From: a virus
Lineage: Duplodnaviria; Caudoviricetes
Virus record (IMG/VR): IMGVR_UViG_3300031857_000265
Coordinates: 1 to 52,703 of that record
DNA: 52,703 bases
Strand: one strand, 5' to 3'
Shown: piece after piece, positions 7,959 through 16,662 of the stretch
Position numbering within the stretch: position 1 is the stretch's first letter
Layout of the letters: every line of letters starts with the position of its first letter
Made by a program: the position numbers and the translations under genes
Notes under the pieces: generated by a model
The model's database searches: none
What the model was told of the DNA's origin: nothing
Seen by the model: the letters and a program-made list of their open reading frames with translations, nothing else

Positions 7959-9284
7959 ATGAACAGACCCAAGGTTCTTTCGCTCTTCAGCGGCGCCGGC
8001 GGACTAGATCTCGGGCTTGAGCGGGCCGGGATGGAAGTCGTCGCGCTGTGCGAGATCGACCCCAAGGCGAAGATGGTGCTGCGCAAGCACTGGCCACACA
8101 CCCACATCTATGACGACGTAAGAGAGGTAACCCGTGAACGACTCATCGCAGACGGCATCGCCCGCCCAGACATTGTGGCAGGAGGAAGTCCCTGTCAGGA
8201 CCTCTCCGTTGCCGGACGTCGTAAGGGACTTGATGGATCTCGCTCAGGGCTCTTCTGGGAGCAGTGCCGGATCTCCGACGAAATCGGGGCGGACATCCTC
8301 TGGGAGAACGTCCCCGGCGCCCTATCTAGTAACAACGGAGCCGACTTCGCTGCCGTGCTGTGGGGAATCACAGGAGCACTCGTCGAGCTGCCCCCTAAGC
8401 AGAAGTGGGCCAAGTCCGGCGTCCTGGTGGGACCAAAGCGGACAGCCATCTGGCGTGTTGCCGATGCCCAACGTTTCGGAGTTCCCCAACGACGGCGTCG
8501 TATCTACGTTGTCGGATGTTCTGGAACCGTGGCACGAGGGCTTGCGCCGCTACTGCTTGAGTGCGCGGGCGGCCAAGGGAATCATCAGGCGGGCCGAGAG
8601 GCGGGGACGAGAGCTCCCCGAACCGTTGCGGACGGCTCTGACGACTCTAGCGGCCCAGGAGCCGGACGAGGAATCACCGACGGAGGACTGACCGCCTGGG
8701 TCAAATCCAAGCGGGCATCGTCCAACACGGACGACGACACGTGGCGCGACCAGCCGGTCAGCCCGACCCTCAACGCGTTCGACAACTCCGGGGAATCGCG
8801 GGCGACCGTGCTCACCGTCCAGGAGGGGGTGCTCCCGTTCACCGAGAACAGGTTCGCCCAGTACGCCGAGGGAGTCGGGGCGTTGCGCGCCTCGGGAGGG
8901 ACGCTCGGCGGCGGGTCCGAGACATTGTTGATCGACAACGCAGGGGTTGCCGCCTGCCTGAGGAGCGGGGGCGACGGCGGTGTCCCATCCAGCAGGGGGG
9001 AGAACCTCGTCGTCCAGCAGGACCGGATCGCCGACACGATCGGCTTCTCGCACACCCAGGGTCTTGACCACCAAGCGTCGACCGAGGCCTTCCCGACGCT
9101 GAGGGCCGAGGGCGGCGGGCACGCCGTCATGTACGACACCAGGTCGACCGTCCTCTTCCAGCAGAACCAGCGGGACGAGGTCAGGATCATGCCGGGGTAC
9201 GCCGGCTCGCTCAACGCCGAGAACGGCATGCACAACACCAACTTTCTCGTGCAACCGCAAGAGGACGACGGTGCCGACATCTGA
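7959..9284 (+). CDS. C5-cytosine DNA methyltransferase, catalytic N-terminal part (motifs I-VIII) plus about 5 TRD-like modules
   Basis: LSLFSGAGGLDLG (I), CEID (II), DDVR (III), GGSPCQDLS (IV), WENVPG (VI), PQRRRRIYVVG (VIII); motifs IX/X are absent. Confidence 0.92.
   Translation: MNRPKVLSLFSGAGGLDLGLERAGMEVVALCEIDPKAKMVLRKHWPHTHIYDDVREVTRERLIADGIARPDIVAGGSPCQDLSVAGRRKGLDGSRSGLFWEQCRISDEIGADILWENVPGALSSNNGADFAAVLWGITGALVELPPKQKWAKSGVLVGPKRTAIWRVADAQRFGVPQRRRRIYVVGCSGTVARGLAPLLLECAGGQGNHQAGREAGTRAPRTVADGSDDSSGPGAGRGITDGGLTAWVKSKRASSNTDDDTWRDQPVSPTLNAFDNSGESRATVLTVQEGVLPFTENRFAQYAEGVGALRASGGTLGGGSETLLIDNAGVAACLRSGGDGGVPSSRGENLVVQQDRIADTIGFSHTQGLDHQASTEAFPTLRAEGGGHAVMYDTRSTVLFQQNQRDEVRIMPGYAGSLNAENGMHNTNFLVQPQEDDGADI
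8134..8691 (+). CDS. Nested alternative-frame methyltransferase subunit (M.EcoHK31I beta-like)
   Basis: 185 aa in the +1 frame inside the MTase gene; own SD (AGAGAGGT 8121-8128) before GTG 8134; C-terminal SEFPNDGVVSTLSDVLE..RYCLSARAAKGIIRRAERRGRELPEPLRTAL resembles alt-frame beta polypeptides (recalled, not searched). Confidence 0.75.
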   Translation: MNDSSQTASPAQTLWQEEVPVRTSPLPDVVRDLMDLAQGSSGSSAGSPTKSGRTSSGRTSPAPYLVTTEPTSLPCCGESQEHSSSCPLSRSGPSPASWWDQSGQPSGVLPMPNVSEFPNDGVVSTLSDVLEPWHEGLRRYCLSARAAKGIIRRAERRGRELPEPLRTALTTLAAQEPDEESPTED

Positions 9285-9891
9285 TGGGTACAACAACTGT
9301 TTCACACCGTGGCCGGACATGGGGCAGGCGATCCGCGTCTACGCAGACGACGGGCCTTCGCCGACCCTTTCCTCGCACCACGTACTCGTCCTGCATCGTG
9401 TGATCGTGGCCAGCGAAGAGAACGACCCGTCCCTCTTCAGGAGGCAGAACTTCGGTTCCTACGTGGAGAGCGAACACACACAGGCACTCCTCGCCCGCGA
9501 CTACAAGGAGGGGACCGACCTCGTCGTCCAGCCCGTTTGGTGGGACGGAGGGGAAACCGCCCCGACCCTGACCGCAAAGGGCTCCGACCAGAGGATGCCC
9601 GACAAGGGGCAGTTGTTCGCGGTGCTGCAGGCCGTGCCGATCCAGGACGGGCGGGAGATCGAGAAGAAGCAGAACGGCTTCGGCATAGGCGAGCCGGGCG
9701 ACCCGATGTACACGCTGGACACCACCGGCGCACAGGCGGTCGGTTACGTGCTGTGCTTCGACGGCAAGCGGAACGACGACTTCAGGATGTTCGAGGACTA
9801 CTACCCGACGCTGACGCAGATGATGGGTACGGGGGGCAACAATGTCCCCATGATCATCCACGACATCCCTGGCGACGGGGTGTCCCGATGA
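9271..9891 (+). CDS. Methyltransferase-associated protein made of about 5 TRD-like modules
   Basis: GAGGA SD then GTG overlapping the upstream stop; PSPTLSS, QALLARDYK, TAPTLTA, PMYTLDT, YPTLTQMMGTGGNNVP. Confidence 0.7.
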   Translation: MPTSDGYNNCFTPWPDMGQAIRVYADDGPSPTLSSHHVLVLHRVIVASEENDPSLFRRQNFGSYVESEHTQALLARDYKEGTDLVVQPVWWDGGETAPTLTAKGSDQRMPDKGQLFAVLQAVPIQDGREIEKKQNGFGIGEPGDPMYTLDTTGAQAVGYVLCFDGKRNDDFRMFEDYYPTLTQMMGTGGNNVPMIIHDIPGDGVSR

Positions 9892-10274
9892 CCAAATACG
9901 AAAGGGTGCCGCCAGAGGGCGATGACGACACGGTCGCCGCCCTGACGGTCTCCGACCTGGTGAAGGGACAGGGCAACAACCAGTCCATGATGTCCGGCTA
10001 CCTCCAGGTGTACGCACTCCCGCAGGCGTTCTCGGTCAGGGAGGATGCGAAGGCGAACAACTTCCACGCCACCCCGACGGACACCGCGCTGTGCGTGAAC
10101 GCCCTCAGGCCGTCACCGCAGTCGCACCACGCACAGATCTTCATCGTTCAGGCGGAAGTGCCGTGCCAAGTCGACGGCTCGCCCATCGCCTCCACGCTCA
10201 GGGGTTTCGGGCACGGCTGGCAGGGCCAGCACAACTCAACCAACGCAGTCGTACAGGATGCGGAGGAGGGGTGA
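9888..10274 (+). CDS. Methyltransferase-associated protein made of about 3 TRD-like modules (128 aa)
   Basis: ATGA overlap with the preceding stop; VAALTVSD..NNQS, ALCVNALRPSPQSHHAQ, IASTLRG. This is the C-terminal part of track ORF 9309..10274. Confidence 0.65.
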   Translation: MTKYERVPPEGDDDTVAALTVSDLVKGQGNNQSMMSGYLQVYALPQAFSVREDAKANNFHATPTDTALCVNALRPSPQSHHAQIFIVQAEVPCQVDGSPIASTLRGFGHGWQGQHNSTNAVVQDAEEG

Positions 10275-11443
10275 GCGACGTTTACGGCTACGACGAGTAC
10301 AACGACTCCATCGCCGAAGAACTACACCATTCCCTGAGGGCCGGCACGAGGCAGTCCGTCGGTGTCGTACACCCACTCCCGGATGGCGTCAAGTTATTCG
10401 AGCCGATGTCGATGCGCGAGGAGAACTGGGCCGAGAGCGAGGTCAAGAACGCCCTCAGGGCCGGTGCCTCGAAGTCGTCCCACGCCGTCGTCTGCGAGGC
10501 CGTGGAGTCGGAGGAGCCGCAGGCGATCGCCTTCACCACGGAGCAGACCCCCAAGTTCTCGCCCGACCTGGCGTTCACCCTCACGGGCGGTTCGCCGTCG
10601 GGCGGTGGCCAGCCACAGTCCGTCATGCAGCGCGTCCAGATGCTCAACTTCCAGGGGAGCAAGGGGAACACCGTCGTGTCGGACGACGGGCAGTCATTCA
10701 CCCTCAACGCTATGCACGGCCACGACGTCCACGTCATCGCCTACAACATCATGGGCGCACCGCCGAGGGAGCCAGACAGGCCCAACGGCGGCTACTACGT
10801 CAACGAGACGCAGGTGACCAAGACGCTCGACGCCTTCGGCGACGGTCTCAACCCGAGCGTCAACCAGGGCGGCCTCGCCATAGTGACCAGGTCGTGGCCT
10901 GTGTCTTTCAGGGGAAGGGACGGAGGAATGACCGCAGAACAGGGCGAGGAGGGGATCGCCAACACGATCAGGGCTGGGCAGGGCGGGAGCGTCCGCCCCC
11001 ATGTCCTGATCAGCGAAGGCCCCGTGGGCACGCTCACCACGGACATGGGTACGAAGATGCAGGTCAACAACCAGTCCGTCGACAGCAATCACCTCCAGGT
11101 CTTCGCGGAAATCGTGCAAGACCCGGCAGGAACGGGTACTATCGGCACGACGGCGGGGCTGCCCGCCATAGACATGATTGACAAAGAAGGGAATGACATG
11201 ACCGCAAACTCGAACGCACTGGTAGTGAGGCGCCTGACCCCGCTGGAATGTGAGTTGCTCATGGGATGGGAGCCGGGCTGGACCGAGGTCGGCATCACCG
11301 AGAAGGGCGAACTCGTCGAGATGGCCGACACGCATCGCTACAGGATGTGCGGCAACGGTGTCGTCTCCAATGTCGCCCACTGGATCGGGGCAAGGTATGT
11401 CGCGTCCAAGCAGGCCGCGGGTGAATCGGTCGGTTCGTGGTAG
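10271..11443 (+). CDS. C5 methyltransferase C-terminal part: about 7 TRD-like modules plus motifs IX-X (390 aa)
   Basis: GGAGGAGG SD and GTGA overlap; ends VVRRLTPLECELLMGWEPGWT (IX) and RYRMCGNGVVSNVAHWIG (X). Confidence 0.85.
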   Translation: MSDVYGYDEYNDSIAEELHHSLRAGTRQSVGVVHPLPDGVKLFEPMSMREENWAESEVKNALRAGASKSSHAVVCEAVESEEPQAIAFTTEQTPKFSPDLAFTLTGGSPSGGGQPQSVMQRVQMLNFQGSKGNTVVSDDGQSFTLNAMHGHDVHVIAYNIMGAPPREPDRPNGGYYVNETQVTKTLDAFGDGLNPSVNQGGLAIVTRSWPVSFRGRDGGMTAEQGEEGIANTIRAGQGGSVRPHVLISEGPVGTLTTDMGTKMQVNNQSVDSNHLQVFAEIVQDPAGTGTIGTTAGLPAIDMIDKEGNDMTANSNALVVRRLTPLECELLMGWEPGWTEVGITEKGELVEMADTHRYRMCGNGVVSNVAHWIGARYVASKQAAGESVGSW

Positions 11444-11649
11444 GCGAGGACGACATCGTCTCCCGGGCGGAGGCGAGGGTCAACCTGGTCCTGTGGGGAG
11501 ACCCGAAGGACTCCTTCTCGGCGAGGGAACTCCTGTTTGTCGTTGACCTACCCGCACTGATTGCGGAGGTGAAGAGGCTTCGCACGGCACTCGAGGAATC
11601 GTCTTCCGAGGTTGAGACCCTCAAGAGGTTCGCCTCTTACGGCGGTTAG
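11437..11649 (+). CDS. Small hypothetical protein with C-terminal coiled coil
   Basis: 70 aa, overlaps the MTase stop; DLPALIAEVKRLR is a common phage motif. Confidence 0.6.
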   Translation: MVGEDDIVSRAEARVNLVLWGDPKDSFSARELLFVVDLPALIAEVKRLRTALEESSSEVETLKRFASYGG

Positions 11650-13826
11650 CGGACGTCGAACCTGAGCCTGCAGCGGCAGTTGATCGTCAGGTGTGGCGGG
11701 GCCGTCGGGTCGCCGGGGAATCTCAGTTCGTACTGTCCGACCTTGAACGCGTTTGCCAACGGGATCCTGTCGCCCTCGAGGAGGCGGTGCTCGGAGCGGA
11801 CCTTCTGGTCCTTGCGCGTCACCCACCGCTTGCCGACCGCTCCCGCCTGCTTGCCGCCGAACCACATCCCGGCGTTGTAGGCGGTCTGTGCCTCGTGCTC
11901 GGCGATGACCCTCTTCCTCTTGGCGAGGAGGTGGGCGAAGATGGCGATGATTGCGGCCTTCAGGAGGACATGACCCTCGTCCTCGTTGTCCTTCATCATG
12001 GCGACCGCCGTGATGATCGCCGCGGCGATCTCGTCCTTGGTTGAGTCGTTGGACTTCTCCACGCGCGCCATCTGATCGTTGACGTACTGGTCGACCTCTT
12101 CCTCGTCCGGCTCCATGGGCATCCCGGTGCGCTCGTTGGCCGTCCTCATGGCGTCCTCAACGATGGACTTGATCAGCGGCCTGATGTCTTCCCTCATCTG
12201 CCTGTTCCACACCTCGGTGTCGAACACCTGATCAACGACCAGGGATTCCGATGCCATCGCCTTGCGGGCCTTGGCCCCGGTGGCCTTCTCGAGCACGACT
12301 CGCTGTTGCCTCTCGAAGAACCTCTCCAGGTTCCCGTCAAGGATCTCGGCCCACCTGTCGGCGTCCGCCAGCTCCTTCGTGTCCCAAGAGTCGGTCATTG
12401 AGTTAGCGGGGGATTGCTTGACCCCCCACTGGCCGACGCTCGCCGAGGCGGAGAGCTCGGTGTCCGGCCCTTCCCCTGCTTCGGGTGCTTGGATCATCTC
12501 CTCGGGTGTCTCGGCCGCCGCCCCCTCGGGTGTTGTCTGGTCGGCGACCGGTGCCCCGGGTGGCATCGCCCCCGGCATACCGCCCATCTGCTGGGGTGGC
12601 TCGAGCTTCTTTTCCGTGTTGCCGATGGGGGCGAGGTTGGGGTTCGCCAGCATTGAGTCGGCGAGTTCCGACTCGACCTTCTTGCGGCCCGTCCCGTCCC
12701 TGTACTCGTTGGCGGTGATCAGGCCCGACGAGAACTCCTGCATGAGGTAGCGCTCGCGCTCGTTCTTGGCAATCTGCAACACCGGCACGTTGGAAACGTC
12801 GAAGTCGAAGTATAGGTCGGGGTGCAGGGCGTCCATGCCGCGGGCGAGCATCTCGAGGTGTTGTGGCATCGTCTCAAGCCAGAACACGCGGGTCTCCTCC
12901 ACGGCGTTGGAGAACGTCCTGCCGGAGGCGTTGCCGATGACGGATTCGGGGACGCCGAAGGCGGAGAGGATCTCCTCCTTGGAGATCTGCCTCATCTCAA
13001 TGTAGGAGGCGTCCCTCGGCGAAGCACCCGTGTCCACGTAGTCCACCCCGTCGGACGAGGCGATGACTGATGTGCCGCCGGCCTTGCCGATGTTCCCCCT
13101 GAAGCGGGACCTCAGCTCGTCCTTGTCGTCCTCGTCCATGTCGCCCTTGACGACGAGGAGTCCGCCCGGGCGACCGTCGTTGACGAGGAAGTTCCTGTTG
13201 TAGAACTTGGCGAGCGACTCGAGTTCCACGGCGATGCCCGCCGCCTCGAGCGGGGTCATCGACAGGTACGGGTCGAGGGGGTGCGGGTGCTTGAACCACA
13301 GCACGTTCTCGGGCTCGACATACTGGATGGGCATGTTGGGGAGCCTGACCTCAAACCTCGAGACGAACTTTTTGGGGTCGGGGATGGGCGACGTGTACTG
13401 CGGCGGCAGGAGGTGGATGGCGACCGGGTCGCCTCCCCTACCTCTGATGATCTCGACGAAACCGCCGCGGGTTGACGTGAGGAGCTGTGCCGACAGCCTG
13501 TAGCGGAAGGCGAAGGAGTCCTCGCCGGCGTTGGCCCTCCTGTTCAGGATGTCCAGCACGGCGGCGTCCTTGACGACCTTCCCGTCGGGCTTGTTCCCTT
13601 CCCTGCCCATGATTGGCAGGCGGGCCTGGTTCCCGGCGATGGCGTCAATGCAACGGTACACCCAGGTGACCTTCTTGACCCCGTCCCGATACACCCTCTC
13701 GATGTCCCAGGAGTCGTGGTATCCCCTCACCATGTAGGTGGGGTTGGTCGACACCGGGGCGCCGGCCGGTATCGCCTTGGAGCCCTCGTTGGAGAGGGAC
13801 TTATTGCTCCCGGAGTTCCAAGCCAT
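11646..13826 (-). CDS. Portal protein (HK97-like) fused to a C-terminal MuF/gp7-like minor head domain
   Basis: VYRCIDAIAGNQARLP, GMTPL-like SMTPLEAA, RPGGLL, EILSAFGVPESVIG, ITANEYR; C-terminal KRWVTRKDQKVRSEH...FPGDP....INCRC. Confidence 0.9.
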   Translation of the reverse strand: MAWNSGSNKSLSNEGSKAIPAGAPVSTNPTYMVRGYHDSWDIERVYRDGVKKVTWVYRCIDAIAGNQARLPIMGREGNKPDGKVVKDAAVLDILNRRANAGEDSFAFRYRLSAQLLTSTRGGFVEIIRGRGGDPVAIHLLPPQYTSPIPDPKKFVSRFEVRLPNMPIQYVEPENVLWFKHPHPLDPYLSMTPLEAAGIAVELESLAKFYNRNFLVNDGRPGGLLVVKGDMDEDDKDELRSRFRGNIGKAGGTSVIASSDGVDYVDTGASPRDASYIEMRQISKEEILSAFGVPESVIGNASGRTFSNAVEETRVFWLETMPQHLEMLARGMDALHPDLYFDFDVSNVPVLQIAKNERERYLMQEFSSGLITANEYRDGTGRKKVESELADSMLANPNLAPIGNTEKKLEPPQQMGGMPGAMPPGAPVADQTTPEGAAAETPEEMIQAPEAGEGPDTELSASASVGQWGVKQSPANSMTDSWDTKELADADRWAEILDGNLERFFERQQRVVLEKATGAKARKAMASESLVVDQVFDTEVWNRQMREDIRPLIKSIVEDAMRTANERTGMPMEPDEEEVDQYVNDQMARVEKSNDSTKDEIAAAIITAVAMMKDNEDEGHVLLKAAIIAIFAHLLAKRKRVIAEHEAQTAYNAGMWFGGKQAGAVGKRWVTRKDQKVRSEHRLLEGDRIPLANAFKVGQYELRFPGDPTAPPHLTINCRCRLRFDVR

Positions 13827-14017
13827 CAGTCAGCCCCGAGCAGGTAGGACGCAACGAACGCACAACATCCGAGAGAGATGAACCCGGCGGCCGGCAGGAT
13901 CATGAAAACGCCGACCGGGACGCTCGCCACGAAGACGCCGAGGAGCAGGTAGGCCATGAACCTCCTCGGTCCGACTTGGTCTTTGATCTTTCGCAACGCG
14001 CGGCGCGGTAATCTCAC
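13826..14017 (-). CDS. Small membrane protein upstream of portal
   Basis: 63 aa with two hydrophobic segments; TGATG coupling to the portal start; -10 TAAGGT 6 nt upstream of GTG. Confidence 0.7.
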   Translation of the reverse strand: MRLPRRALRKIKDQVGPRRFMAYLLLGVFVASVPVGVFMILPAAGFISLGCCAFVASYLLGAD

Positions 14018-14076
14018 GCTACCACCTTACATTCGCAGGGGATGTGGGCAGGGCAGATGCTAGTAGATGGAGAACC

Positions 14077-15387
14077 ATGGCCAAGGACTGGGAGGAGGTA
14101 CTGAGGTTCCTCAAACCAAAGGAACCCCCGTACTGCCCAGAGAAATCGTCCGTCCAGCAGCAGGTGTTCCTGAGGACCAACGCCATGGAGGCCCTGTTCG
14201 GAGGGGCGGCCGGCGGAGGCAAGTCCTCGGCCCTCCTGATGGCGGCCATGCAGTACGTGGATGTCCCCGGCTACTCGGCCCTGTTGTTCCGCCGCACCCT
14301 CCAGGACCTGACTTTGCCGGGTGCGCTCATGGATCGTTTCCGCGAATGGATCGCCCCCTACGACGACGTCCGCTGGAACGCGAACACCTACACGGCGACC
14401 TTCCCGTCAGGGGCCAGGATCAGTTTCGGCTACCTGAACAACAAGGACGACTACCTCCGCTACAAGGGCGTTGAGGTCCAGTTCATCGGGATGGACGAAG
14501 TCACCGAGATCCGAGAGTCCGACTACCGTTACCTCTTCTCCCGTCTCCGTCGCCCGTCCTCGGGCCCGCTGTCGCAGGTCCCGCTCCGCATGAGGTGCGC
14601 CTCCAACCCCGCCCCGAACTGGGTGAGGCAGAGGTTTCTGGTTGAGGGTCCCACGCACGGCAGGATCTTCGTCCCGTCCAAGTTGACGGACAACCCGGGA
14701 ATCGACCCCGAGTCCTACCGAAGGGCCCTGTCCGAACTGGACCCCATTGAGAGGAAGAGGCTGGAGGAGGGCGACTGGTGGGTCACCTCGCTCGGGTCAA
14801 TGTTCCAGCGACAGGACTTCGTCATCGTTGACCCGTTCGACGTCCCCGAGTTCTCCACCAGTTCGGCGAGGGTGGTCAGGTTCTGGGACATGGCCGCCAC
14901 CGAGCCGTCGTACTCAAACCCCGACCCCGACTGGACGGTCGGGACGCTCGTGATGTTCGACAAGGGCATCGCCTGGGTCATGGACGTGAAGAGGATCCGC
15001 GCCAAGGGCGAGGCGGTCGAGAGGCTCATAGCGGAAACTGCCGCCGAGGATGGCCCGACGGTGTCGATCAGGGTCGAGCAGGAGCCGGGGTCGGCCGGCA
15101 AGAACCTCCTGGACCAGTACGCCCGGTACGTCGTGCCCGGCTACGACTTCATGGGCGTACGGGCCACGGGCGACAAGCAGACGAGGGCGAGGCCGTTCGC
15201 CGCGGCCGTCGCCAACGGCAATGTCAGGGTTCTCTCGGCGTCGTGGCTGACCGAGTGGCTTGACGAAATGTCGTCCTTCCCGGAGGCCTGCAACCACGAC
15301 GACCAGGTGGACTCCGTGGTCGGTGCTTACACTTTTCTTGCGGGGCTTGGACTTCCGCAGAGAACCCGTGCTACCATCATCGTCTGA
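14077..15387 (+). CDS. terL: Terminase large subunit
   Basis: Walker A GGAAGGGKS, Walker B FIGMDEVTE, ASNP coupling motif, nuclease RFWDMAA...HDDQVDS; SD GGAG before ATG 14077. Confidence 0.93.
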   Translation: MAKDWEEVLRFLKPKEPPYCPEKSSVQQQVFLRTNAMEALFGGAAGGGKSSALLMAAMQYVDVPGYSALLFRRTLQDLTLPGALMDRFREWIAPYDDVRWNANTYTATFPSGARISFGYLNNKDDYLRYKGVEVQFIGMDEVTEIRESDYRYLFSRLRRPSSGPLSQVPLRMRCASNPAPNWVRQRFLVEGPTHGRIFVPSKLTDNPGIDPESYRRALSELDPIERKRLEEGDWWVTSLGSMFQRQDFVIVDPFDVPEFSTSSARVVRFWDMAATEPSYSNPDPDWTVGTLVMFDKGIAWVMDVKRIRAKGEAVERLIAETAAEDGPTVSIRVEQEPGSAGKNLLDQYARYVVPGYDFMGVRATGDKQTRARPFAAAVANGNVRVLSASWLTEWLDEMSSFPEACNHDDQVDSVVGAYTFLAGLGLPQRTRATIIV

Positions 15388-15416
15388 AGTACCCGTAACC
15401 TATTGAAAGAGGAACA

Positions 15417-15938
15417 ATGGCCGACAACGGTTGGAGCCATTCCGTGGAGTCCCTCATTGAGGACGCCCGCGCGAAGGCCGAAGAACTGTCGGGCGACAAG
15501 GACGGCCTCGCCGCCCTGATCGCCGACATCCATGAGATCAGGTCAGCGATCGCCGAGCTGTGGGAGTACTGCTCCGCCATGCTGGTCGCCCTCATGGGGG
15601 ACGACCCCGAGGTGGCGACGGGCAACAGCGTCATCGAGAAGAAGGTCGGGGCCCCGCGCAAGGCGTGGAGGCACGAAGAGATCTCCCGCGAGGTCGTCGA
15701 TCGCATCGTCGCCTCGTCCATCGACATGGACACCGGCGAGAGGATGAAGACGACCGAGGAGATGATGCTGGAGATGCTCTCCTACGGGGCCGTCTCGTAC
15801 TGGCGGGTCAAGAACCTGTCGAAGATCGGAATCGTCGCCGACGAGTACTGCGACGTCGGCGAACCCAAGACGTCGCTGGTGGTCAGGAACATCGGCACGG
15901 CCTTCTCGGACAAAGACAACGAGCAAGTGGAGGAATGA
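15417..15938 (+). CDS. Hypothetical protein
   Basis: 173 aa, SD GAGGA; extended -10 TGCTACCAT at 15369-15377; first gene of the recombination operon. Confidence 0.75.
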   Translation: MADNGWSHSVESLIEDARAKAEELSGDKDGLAALIADIHEIRSAIAELWEYCSAMLVALMGDDPEVATGNSVIEKKVGAPRKAWRHEEISREVVDRIVASSIDMDTGERMKTTEEMMLEMLSYGAVSYWRVKNLSKIGIVADEYCDVGEPKTSLVVRNIGTAFSDKDNEQVEE

Positions 15939-15939
15939 C

Positions 15940-16662
15940 ATGAACAACAACAACAACAACAATGACCTGTACCTAGCACTCTCCGACCCATTCCCCGTGG
16001 AGATGGAGAGGACCGTCACCAAGAGCGGACGGTCGCTCACCTACCTCCCGATCGCCGAGGTCATCAACAAGATGAACAAGGTCGTCGGGGTCGGCAACTG
16101 GTCGAGCGAGATCGTCTCCGTGGGCAGGGACTCCCTCGACCCGGATTGGGTCGTCGCCCACGTCAGGGTCACCGTCGCCGTCCCCAACGCCAAGTCGGAT
16201 GACCGGATCATTGCCCATTACGACGGCGTCGGCGGGCAGCAGGTGAAGCGCAAGAAGTCCGGCGAGATCGTCGACCTCGGCGACGAGTTCAAGGGCGCCG
16301 TCTCCGACGCGCTCAAGAAGGCGTTGCAGCAGATCGGCCTCGGCCTGTACCTCGCCCGCACCGAGGACGCCATCTACGCCGACGAGGCGTACGAACCCCC
16401 GACCCCCGCCCCGGAGAAGCAGGCCCCGAAGACGAAGGAGAAGCCCGCCGAGCCGTCCGAGGAGGACAAGCTCTGGGCCACGTTCGACGAACACCTGTCC
16501 GGGATGGATAAGGGCGAGAAGGCCGCGCTGGCCGAGTGGTGGCAGGACAAGTACCCCGGGGAGCCGAAGCCGAAGCGTGGCACCGCCACCAAGGCGCAGT
16601 TGAAGGACTGCGTCGCCGAGATCCTGCGCATCAAGCTCGGCGCAACCATGCGGGAGGAGTGA
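15940..16662 (+). CDS. Rad52/Rad22-family (Sak-like) single-strand annealing protein
   Basis: LTYLPIAEVINKMNKVVGVGNWS and FKGAVSDALKKALQQIGLGLYL signatures. Confidence 0.85.
   Translation: MNNNNNNNDLYLALSDPFPVEMERTVTKSGRSLTYLPIAEVINKMNKVVGVGNWSSEIVSVGRDSLDPDWVVAHVRVTVAVPNAKSDDRIIAHYDGVGGQQVKRKKSGEIVDLGDEFKGAVSDALKKALQQIGLGLYLARTEDAIYADEAYEPPTPAPEKQAPKTKEKPAEPSEEDKLWATFDEHLSGMDKGEKAALAEWWQDKYPGEPKPKRGTATKAQLKDCVAEILRIKLGATMREE

Noticed and set aside
7959-11443. Methyltransferase region as a degraded pseudogene or intein/intron-split gene
   Set aside because: Catalytic motifs are intact, junctions are start/stop overlaps, and no intein termini or homing endonuclease is evident. Assembly error cannot be fully excluded without reads.
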